64,000 bases of DNA from assembly GCA_034003985.1 (NCBI GenBank), contig JAVEXP010000002.1, positions 144,789-208,788 on the forward strand. The letters are read 5' to 3'. The notes beneath the pieces are model-generated. The model was not told where the DNA came from. It was given only the letters and a program-made list of their open reading frames with translations, and ran no database searches. Source of the DNA: Patescibacteria group bacterium. GTDB lineage: Bacteria > Patescibacteriota > Patescibacteriia > Buchananbacterales > UBA6539. The translations under genes and the position numbers were made by a program. Positions within the stretch are counted from its first letter, which is position 1. The number at the start of each line of letters is the position of its first letter. This document shows positions 57,368-64,000 of the stretch, in pieces.

Positions 57368-58231
57368 ATGCCCGAATTGCCGGAAGTCGAAACTTTAAAA
57401 CGGGACTTGAAAGTTTTACAAGGCAAAACCATTAAAGCCGCCAAGGTCAACTGGCCTAAGATGGTTAAACCTTTAAGTCCGGCCAAGTTTTGCCAAGGAA
57501 TAAAAAATCTAAAAATTACCGGCGTTTCGCGCCGGGCCAAAGTGTTGATTTTAGAACTGTCTGGTTCTAATTTTTTATTGGTTCATCTTAAGATGACTGG
57601 CCAATTAATTTACCAGCCCAAGCGCGGTCATTTAGTAGTCGGGGGCCATCCGCAAGTTGAGGGAGCGAGTGCTTTACCCAATAAATATACCCGCATCATC
57701 ATTTATTTTAAAGACGGTACGGTTCTTTATTTTAACGATTTGCGTAAATTTGGCTGGCTTAAGTTGGTCGATAAAAAAACCAAAGAAAAAATTCTGGCTG
57801 ATTTTGGTATCGAGCCATTAACGGTGGAATTTACTTTGGAAGAATTTAAAAATATTTTAAAGCGTTATCCCAATCGTAAAATCAAACAACTTTTAATGGA
57901 TCATAAATTAATTGCCGGAATCGGTAATATCTATGCTGATGAAAGCTGCTATTACGCCAAAGTACTGCCGGGGCGAATTGTCAAAACTTTAAAACCAAAA
58001 GAGATTACCGACCTTCATGAAGGTATCAAAATCATTCTTAAATTGGCGATTGCTAAAAAAGGCACCTCTTTTCGAAATTATATCAAACTCAACGGTCGTC
58101 CCGGCGGCATGGTTAAATATTTAAAAGTTTATGGGCGTGGCAATCAGACTTGCTCTCAGTGCGGCGCGATGATCAAAAAGATAAAGCTCAATGGCCGTGG
58201 CACTCATTTTTGTCCCCAGTGCCAAAAATAA
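57368..58231 (+). CDS. mutM: formamidopyrimidine-DNA glycosylase
   Basis: MPELPEVET, RRAK, HLKMTG, D.RKFG, GIGNIYADE, C-terminal C4 zinc finger. Confidence 0.97.
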   Translation: MPELPEVETLKRDLKVLQGKTIKAAKVNWPKMVKPLSPAKFCQGIKNLKITGVSRRAKVLILELSGSNFLLVHLKMTGQLIYQPKRGHLVVGGHPQVEGASALPNKYTRIIIYFKDGTVLYFNDLRKFGWLKLVDKKTKEKILADFGIEPLTVEFTLEEFKNILKRYPNRKIKQLLMDHKLIAGIGNIYADESCYYAKVLPGRIVKTLKPKEITDLHEGIKIILKLAIAKKGTSFRNYIKLNGRPGGMVKYLKVYGRGNQTCSQCGAMIKKIKLNGRGTHFCPQCQK

Positions 58232-58263
58232 AGACCCGCTAATCAAAAACGGGTCTTTATTTT
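58226..58263. terminator. bidirectional intrinsic terminator
   Basis: aaataaagacccg...cgggtctttattt inverted repeat between convergent genes. Confidence 0.8.
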
Positions 58264-58275
58264 AAAAATTTTATT

Positions 58276-58584
58276 TTATGATCTTTTTCTGGATCGAGCA
58301 AACAGTTTGGCTGCCTTTAAGGCTGGTGAGTCTTCCTCTTTTATTCCTGCTTCTTCATCCCTTTTGGCATAGTATCTTTCCGCTTCAGCTTTTTGTTCTT
58401 CGGTCGGATTTGGGTTCCAAGTCGGCTCTGACCCGGTTTCCCAGACTACTGAGGTGAGGGCATCCAAATCTAGTCCTTCAACATCTTCTTCCGTTAAATC
58501 TGGTCCTTTTTCAATATCAATGCTGGCAGCGGCCGCCTCAAATCTTTTTTGTGTTTCTTCGTATGAATTCTCTATTCCCGGCAT
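58276..58584 (-). CDS. hypothetical acidic protein
   Basis: 102-aa ORF with own promoter and terminator. Confidence 0.7.
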   Translation of the reverse strand: MPGIENSYEETQKRFEAAAASIDIEKGPDLTEEDVEGLDLDALTSVVWETGSEPTWNPNPTEEQKAEAERYYAKRDEEAGIKEEDSPALKAAKLFARSRKRS

Positions 58585-58621
58585 AGTTTTAAATTATTAA
58601 TTATTAGTATTAATTAAATTA

Positions 58622-58650
58622 AGCATAGCATAAAAATGATATTTTGTCAA
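58622..58650 (-). promoter_or_regulatory. sigma70-type promoter for 58276..58584
   Basis: minus strand TTGACA-17 bp-TATGCT with extended -10 TG. Confidence 0.6.
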
Positions 58651-59312
58651 GAAAAATGATTAACTATTTTTATGTTTAAAATTGATGAAGCTGTTTTGTC
58701 TGGTTGATAATCTTTAAGATATTTTTGCCAAGCATTATTGAAATTAATCATTGATCTTCGATAAGCTTCATAGTCGCCATTTGGGTAATTGGCATCAAAT
58801 CTTCTTTTGATTCTTTTTTCTAAATATTCATTTTTTAATTTAATAAAAATAATTTTGTCAAAAATATTTTCAAACATTTTGGTATTCTTTAAAAATATCC
58901 CTTCTACTAGCAAAACCTCATTATTTAAATTAAGTTGAATTATCTGTGGACCCTTATTTTTTTTATAACATATGTTTTTTAATACAAAGTATTTTTTTCT
59001 AGCAGATCTAAAATCTTTAGCCATTTTTTTTATCAATTTAGTTTTGTACCATTTCTCTTCAAAAACTTGGCATTTATTTTGGTAACTTTCCAGTGCTTTT
59101 CTGCGAAAGGCACTGGAATACATAAAATAATCAAGATGAACAGCGGTAATATCTTTATTTTTATAGGCCAGCTCTTTCAGAATAACCGTTTTTCCTAAAC
59201 CACTGGGTCCGTCAATCCCAATAATCAATTTTTTATTTGGGAGCTCCCGTTGCCATTTTTTGATTAATTTAATTATTGCCTCAACTATTTTTTGATTGGG
59301 GTCTTGGTCCAT
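58647..59312 (-). CDS. uridine-kinase-like P-loop kinase
   Basis: IIGIDGPSGLGKT Walker A, HLDYF, LVEGIFL, FDKIIFI, RR..; very AT-rich; start ATG 59312. Confidence 0.75.
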   Translation of the reverse strand: MDQDPNQKIVEAIIKLIKKWQRELPNKKLIIGIDGPSGLGKTVILKELAYKNKDITAVHLDYFMYSSAFRRKALESYQNKCQVFEEKWYKTKLIKKMAKDFRSARKKYFVLKNICYKKNKGPQIIQLNLNNEVLLVEGIFLKNTKMFENIFDKIIFIKLKNEYLEKRIKRRFDANYPNGDYEAYRRSMINFNNAWQKYLKDYQPDKTASSILNIKIVNHFS

Positions 59313-59358
59313 ATGATTAAAGGTTAGCAAAATTCATTATTTTTTTCAAAATTTTAAG

Positions 59359-59398
59359 CAATCAAAAACTCCCACCTTGCTGTGGGAGTTTTTGATTG
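59359..59398 (-). terminator. 17-bp perfect hairpin terminator
   Basis: caatcaaaaactcccac-cttgct-gtgggagtttttgattg directly after the acidic micro-ORF stop. Confidence 0.85.
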
Positions 59399-59401
59399 AT
59401 A

Positions 59402-59575
59402 TTATTCGTATTCTGGTTCTTCTTCTTTGTCCATGCCGTCGTCGTCTGGATCGAAGCCTTCGTCTTCTTCACCCTCTTCATCTTCCATTGAAGATTCATC
59501 GGGATCGTCGCCGTAGGCGTCGTCGTCTTCGTCCATGTCGTCGTCGGATGAACTCAACATGAAGATGTTGAGCAT
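59402..59575 (-). CDS. 57-aa highly acidic small protein (absent from the ORF track)
   Basis: Hand translation MLNIFMLSSSDDDMDEDDDAYGDDPDESSMEDEEGEEDEGFDPDDDGMDKEEEPEYE*, followed by a strong terminator. Confidence 0.7.
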   Translation of the reverse strand: MLNIFMLSSSDDDMDEDDDAYGDDPDESSMEDEEGEEDEGFDPDDDGMDKEEEPEYE

Positions 59576-59617
59576 AACCAACAGGTTAATAATAAGACCT
59601 ATTAATTATATTATTTT

Positions 59618-60046
59618 TTAGATTAAATTCAAGAGGATTGTCAAGCCTATTCCCCAGATAATTCCGCCGCCGACTTCGGCAATACTGTGACCCATCCGTT
59701 CCCGAAAGTAGGGTATTTCTTCCTTGCCATTTTTGCCCAATTTATCAATTAATTTGTTGAAAATAATCGCTTGTTTGCCCAGCATTCCTCGGAAAGCCAC
59801 TGCGTCTCTGATGATTAGCAGAGTAAAAATCAACGCCAGGGCAAAAATTGGCTGGTCAAATCCCAATTTTATCCCCAGCAGGGTAGTAATGGAAACGGCA
59901 AATGCCGTATGGGAAGAAGGCATTCCGCCATAGCTGGACATAATATTTTTGAAGTCAAAATTGCCCTTAATGCCGTCCGTTAGTAATTTTAAGGCTTGAC
60001 TGGAAATTCCTACGATAATTGGTATAATGATATAAGCTAGGTCCAT
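59618..60046 (-). CDS. divergent PAP2 family (DUF212) membrane protein
   Basis: SQ..K, GGMPSSHTA, DA...R...G.QA, E..GHS..EV.GG. Confidence 0.9.
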   Translation of the reverse strand: MDLAYIIIPIIVGISSQALKLLTDGIKGNFDFKNIMSSYGGMPSSHTAFAVSITTLLGIKLGFDQPIFALALIFTLLIIRDAVAFRGMLGKQAIIFNKLIDKLGKNGKEEIPYFRERMGHSIAEVGGGIIWGIGLTILLNLI

Positions 60047-60060
60047 GGTTTTATAATTTT

Positions 60061-60882
60061 ATGGATTATTTTTATTCAATTTTTGCGGGTATTATCCAGG
60101 GTTTGACCGAATTTTTGCCAGTGTCCAGCTCTGGGCACCTGGTATTGTTTCACGATTTTTTAGGTTTTGACTTTCCCGACCAGGTTGCCTTTGATGTTGT
60201 TTTGCATCTGGGAACTTTGGTAGCCTTGCTGTTATTTTTCCACCGGGATGTTATTAAATATCTTTTGGCATTTTTCCGCAGTCTCTATCAGTGGCGTTTA
60301 AAACAGGATGTGGACCAGCGTTTGGCGTGGTATTTGTTTTTGGCAACCATTCCGGCTGGAATTTTTGGCTATTGGTTTGAAAGTGAAATTGAAACGATTT
60401 TTCGCAGCCCCGTGATCGTGGCCTGGATGTTGATTATTGTCGGGTTACTACTCTATTTTGCCGATTCATTCTTCAAAAAAGAAAAAGATATTGAACAATT
60501 GACTTTCATGAATGCGATGAACATTGGTTTGGCTCAGGCTTTGGCTTTGGTTCCGGGCGTATCGCGATCGGGCATTACCATTATAACAGGTTTGAGTCAG
60601 AAACTGAAACGCGATCAGGCTGCCAGATTTTCATTTTTGCTTTCCATGCCGATAGTCTTTGCCGCCGGCCTTAAAAAAACTGTGGATCTGGTTGTCGAAT
60701 CGGGATTACAATCAGTCGATTACTTAATTTTAATTTTAGGATTTGTATCTTCTGCCGTTACCGGTTATTTTTGTATCAAATACTTTTTAAGATTCTTGCG
60801 TGATCACAGTCTGACAGTTTTTGTGTTTTACCGTATTGTTTTAGGATTAGTTATTTTAATTGCGATTTTATTTTTTAAATAA
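60061..60882 (+). CDS. uppP: undecaprenyl-diphosphate phosphatase
   Basis: GIIQGLTEFLPVSSSGHL, HLGT, PGVSRSG.TI, A.FSFLL. Confidence 0.96.
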   Translation: MDYFYSIFAGIIQGLTEFLPVSSSGHLVLFHDFLGFDFPDQVAFDVVLHLGTLVALLLFFHRDVIKYLLAFFRSLYQWRLKQDVDQRLAWYLFLATIPAGIFGYWFESEIETIFRSPVIVAWMLIIVGLLLYFADSFFKKEKDIEQLTFMNAMNIGLAQALALVPGVSRSGITIITGLSQKLKRDQAARFSFLLSMPIVFAAGLKKTVDLVVESGLQSVDYLILILGFVSSAVTGYFCIKYFLRFLRDHSLTVFVFYRIVLGLVILIAILFFK

Positions 60883-60887
60883 TTTTT

Positions 60888-61631
60888 ATGGATTCCGAAA
60901 GAGCAAATGGCATTGCCAAAGAAATTCAGGAAGTTTCCAACGGGACGGAAATCAGCCCTTATCTATGGCGGATCATCAAACGGCCGGAAATATACCGAGC
61001 GCTGGTTGATTTAGTGGCAAATGGCGAGGAGGTTTTAGCTGATAAACACATTGAGACATCTTATAAACATTCCATTGATGTGGCGACAATTGCCGAAGCT
61101 TTTGCTGATGAATTCAAAGATTCGTTTAATCAAGAGAAAAAGGATACTTTTGTAACGGCAGCTTTATTGCATGACATTGGTAAACGAAAGGTTAATCCGG
61201 AAATATTGTTAAAGAATGGTAAGCCTACTGATGAGGAGCGTAAGGAAATAGAACGCCATGTCTATGAAGGCTGGGAGATTTGTCAGAATATTGCCGATAA
61301 AATTAGGGAATTAAATCCCGAAAGAGCTGAGTTAATGTCTGGGGTGATTGCCGAAATTGTTTTTCGCCATCAGGCCCATGGTAATGGCCATAGTTATCCT
61401 GCCCCCGAAGCATTTCATCGTCATCAAGATCCTGAAACCGAAGAATTAATATCGGAAATGTCAAAAAAGATTTCAGTAATTGATATTTTTGATGCCTTAA
61501 ATTCATATCGCGCTTATCGTGTGCCGGCGGATAAACCAGAGATTGAAAGATTGTTGAAAACTAAATTTCCCGAGGAAGATGAATGGATTAATTTTTTGAT
61601 CAATAATTTCATCGACGACCAAGAAGGTTAA
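60888..61631 (+). CDS. HD-domain (HD-GYP-like) phosphohydrolase
   Basis: HS..VA, LLHDIGK, IL.K.GK.T.EE...I..H, G..YP, DIFDAL.S.R.YR. Confidence 0.85.
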   Translation: MDSERANGIAKEIQEVSNGTEISPYLWRIIKRPEIYRALVDLVANGEEVLADKHIETSYKHSIDVATIAEAFADEFKDSFNQEKKDTFVTAALLHDIGKRKVNPEILLKNGKPTDEERKEIERHVYEGWEICQNIADKIRELNPERAELMSGVIAEIVFRHQAHGNGHSYPAPEAFHRHQDPETEELISEMSKKISVIDIFDALNSYRAYRVPADKPEIERLLKTKFPEEDEWINFLINNFIDDQEG

Positions 61632-62339
61632 ATGAAAGCAATAATTTTGGCCGGCGGACAAGGTACCCGCCTACGGCCGTTAACTTACAAAATTCCTAAA
61701 GCTTTAATTCCGATTCAGGGTAAAACTTTGACTGAACAGGTTTTTGATATCTACCAAAAAGCCGGCGTGACCGATATCTATTTGTCAGTTGCTTATTTGG
61801 CGCAGCAAATGCAAGATTACTTTGGCGACGGGTCAAAATTTGGTTTTAATATCAGTTATCTTAAAGAACCTGAGCCCATGGGCACTGCTGGACCGCTGTT
61901 ATTGTTGCGCCAACAAGGAAAAATCCCCACTAGTGATTTTTTTATGTCCAATGGTGACAATCTATTCGCCTTGGATTTAAACGAGATGATTAGACAACAC
62001 CAAAAGACTGGGGCAATAGCCACTATCGCCTTGACCAAAGTATCCGATCCGACTCGTTTTGGCATTGCTAGGCTTGAAGACAGTAGAATTTCAGAATTTA
62101 TCGAAAAACCAACAGTCCAAGAAGCGCCGTCGCTTTATGCTTCTTCCGGATATTATCTGCTGTCACCAGCAGTATTTGATTATTTACCCGCCAAAAATTT
62201 TGTCATGGTCGAAAAAGATTTGTGGCCGGTTTTGGCTAAGGCCGGCAAGTTATTTGGCTATTGTTCTGACGCCCAGTGGTTTGATACCGGCACGCCGGAA
62301 AGCTATGAACAAGTTGAGCGCGAATGGCGCGGAGTTTAA
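61632..62339 (+). CDS. sugar-phosphate nucleotidyltransferase (NTP_transferase family)
   Basis: AIILAGGQGTRLRPLT..IPK.LIPI.GK, EPMGTAG, NGD, F.EKP, WFDTGTPESY. Confidence 0.92.
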   Translation: MKAIILAGGQGTRLRPLTYKIPKALIPIQGKTLTEQVFDIYQKAGVTDIYLSVAYLAQQMQDYFGDGSKFGFNISYLKEPEPMGTAGPLLLLRQQGKIPTSDFFMSNGDNLFALDLNEMIRQHQKTGAIATIALTKVSDPTRFGIARLEDSRISEFIEKPTVQEAPSLYASSGYYLLSPAVFDYLPAKNFVMVEKDLWPVLAKAGKLFGYCSDAQWFDTGTPESYEQVEREWRGV

Positions 62340-62343
62340 TTTT

Positions 62344-63387
62344 ATGATTAATTTTATTGGTAAAAAAAATCAAAAGCGAAGAACTATTAAGCGGTTTGCC
62401 GTCTCGATTATTATTTTAATTTTGATCAGCTGGGTTTATTATCTTTATTGTTTGAATTCGCCACTTGCCGGTGATCAGCTAACCCAAGAGTTTATCGTTG
62501 AATCAGGCTGGGGGAGTAGTGACATTAGCTATCGTCTAACTGATGCCGGGCTGGTCCGCAACCCCTATGTTTTTCAAATGTATGTTTGGCTTCATCGGAT
62601 TGATAGTCGCCTTCAACCGGGAAATTATTTTTTGAGTAAAAGTCAAAATATCAAAGAGATCGCTTGGATTTTAGCCAGGGGAGCGGGCAGTACCAAAGAA
62701 ATCAGTCTGACTTTTATCGAGGGTTGGAATAACCAGCAGATCGCTGACTATCTGGTTGAGCGCGAGATGATTGCCCAACCGGCTGATTTGTTTGCGATAG
62801 TCCAGAAAAAAGCTGTCTGGTGGGATGATTATCCAGTTTTGGCCAGCCGGCCTAAAAATCTTGATTTGGAAGGTTATCTTTTTCCGGATACTTATCGGGT
62901 ATTTCGTGATGCGACCATAGCGGATATCGTTCAAAAAATGGTTGCTACATTGGAAGAAAAAATTACTTCGGAAATGCGCCAAGAAATTTCTCGGCAACAT
63001 AAGACTATTCATGAGATTATTACCCTGGCTTCCATTCTGGAAAAAGAAGTTTCAACCCAGAAGGATCGGCGGTTGGTGGCTGATATTTTTTACAAACGAT
63101 TGGCCGCGGGTATGCCGTTGCAGTCCGATGCGACCGTTAATTATGCTACCGGTAAGAGTGTTACTCGCGCCAGCCTTGATGATTTATCGGTTGAGAGTTT
63201 GTATAATACCTACAAATATAAAGGCTTGCCACCCGGGCCGATTTGTAATCCGGGATTTGAAGCCATTGAGGCGGCGGTCTATCCGGTGGCCAATGAGTAC
63301 TGGTATTTTTTAACTACCCCCAACGGTGAAGTTATCTATAGTAAAACTCATGATGAGCATGTGGCCGCCAAGGCTAGATATTATTAA
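62344..63387 (+). CDS. mltG: endolytic transglycosylase MltG
   Basis: N-terminal TM, LEGYLFPDTY, LASILEKE, LQSDATV.Y, YNTY...GLPPGPICNPG; start ATG 62344. Confidence 0.95.
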   Translation: MINFIGKKNQKRRTIKRFAVSIIILILISWVYYLYCLNSPLAGDQLTQEFIVESGWGSSDISYRLTDAGLVRNPYVFQMYVWLHRIDSRLQPGNYFLSKSQNIKEIAWILARGAGSTKEISLTFIEGWNNQQIADYLVEREMIAQPADLFAIVQKKAVWWDDYPVLASRPKNLDLEGYLFPDTYRVFRDATIADIVQKMVATLEEKITSEMRQEISRQHKTIHEIITLASILEKEVSTQKDRRLVADIFYKRLAAGMPLQSDATVNYATGKSVTRASLDDLSVESLYNTYKYKGLPPGPICNPGFEAIEAAVYPVANEYWYFLTTPNGEVIYSKTHDEHVAAKARYY

Positions 63388-63402
63388 TACTTAATAAAAA
63401 AT

Positions 63403-64000
63403 ATGGCTAAAACTTTAGTAATGTCACTGGGTGGTTCGCTGATTGCCCCTCAAGGTATTGATTTAAAATTTTTAGTTGGATTTCGCAAATTGATTTTAGA
63501 TTTTACCGCTCAAGGTAATCGGGTTATTATTATTACCGGTGGTGGTGATACCGCCAGAAATTATCAATCGGCGGCCAGAAAAATCAATGCCAAAATTTCG
63601 CCCAAAGATTTGGATTGGGTGGGAATTGCCGCCACCAAAATAAATGGCGAGCTGGTTAGCGCGATTTTTGGCAACTTGGCTTATGAGGGCATATTAGCTG
63701 ATCCATCCCGCAAGGTTAAGACTAATAAAAAGATTATTGTCGGTGCGGGGTTTAAGCCCGGTTCTTCTTCAGATAAAGATGCGGTTATCGCTGCCAGGAC
63801 TTTTGGCGCTAAAACTGTCATCAATCTTTCCAATATTTCTTATGTTTATAATAAGGATCCCAGAAAGCATAAAGATGCCAAACCCCAGACTAAAATGACA
63901 TGGTCTGATTTTCGCAAAATCATTGGTAATAAATATATACCCGGCGCTCATTGGCCGTTTGATCCGGTAGCCAGTCGTTTGGCCCAGCAGTGGCAAATGT
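63403..64000 (+). CDS. pyrH: UMP kinase (archaeal-type), cut by window end
   Basis: Hand translation MAKTLVMSLGGSLI..., ITGGGDTARNYQ, DWVGIAAT.IN, G..PG.SSD.DA, VY.KDP.K, PFDPVA. Confidence 0.9.
   Translation, partial: MAKTLVMSLGGSLIAPQGIDLKFLVGFRKLILDFTAQGNRVIIITGGGDTARNYQSAARKINAKISPKDLDWVGIAATKINGELVSAIFGNLAYEGILADPSRKVKTNKKIIVGAGFKPGSSSDKDAVIAARTFGAKTVINLSNISYVYNKDPRKHKDAKPQTKMTWSDFRKIIGNKYIPGAHWPFDPVASRLAQQWQM

Noticed and set aside
59377-59562. Arg-rich 61-aa + strand ORF
   Set aside because: Antisense shadow of the acidic microprotein; it starts inside the terminator hairpin
63769-63996. 75-aa minus-strand ORF
   Set aside because: Shadow of pyrH on the + strand
1-64000. Alternative genetic code (TGA recoded), rRNA/tRNA genes, integrases or transposases
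   Set aside because: Conserved genes are full length under code 11 and several end in TGA; no RNA gene or recombinase motif was recognised by eye, though a covariance-model scan was not possible

Overview
AT-rich, gene-dense bacterial chromosome segment using the standard code (TGA acts as stop). Gene content suggests Patescibacteria/CPR (inference): type IV pilus cluster, compact dcw genes, archaeal-type pyrH, GT-C glycosyltransferases and few SD motifs. In order it holds: GT4/GT-C glycosylation genes and a dTDP-rhamnose operon; a PEGA protein, murA and an S41 protease; a 12-kb accessory locus; rplI/pyrG/rpmA; a type IV pilus operon with a 1081-aa Cys-rich pilin-like adhesin; the dcw cluster with two inserted genes; secA, nucleotide-housekeeping genes and mutM; then uppP, mltG and a pyrH cut by the window end. 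The standout is 16649-28769. It encodes six paralogous proteins, each a divergent ~300-500-aa N-terminal domain plus a C-terminal phospho-His swivel domain (one also carries a wHTH). Alongside them are a single stand-alone PPDK/PEP-synthase-type ATP-grasp domain and three phosphatases, but no pyruvate-binding barrel. This looks like a split, one-donor/many-acceptor dikinase (rifampin-phosphotransferase/phenylphosphate-synthase-like) system. All calls come from reading motifs by eye; no database searches were run.
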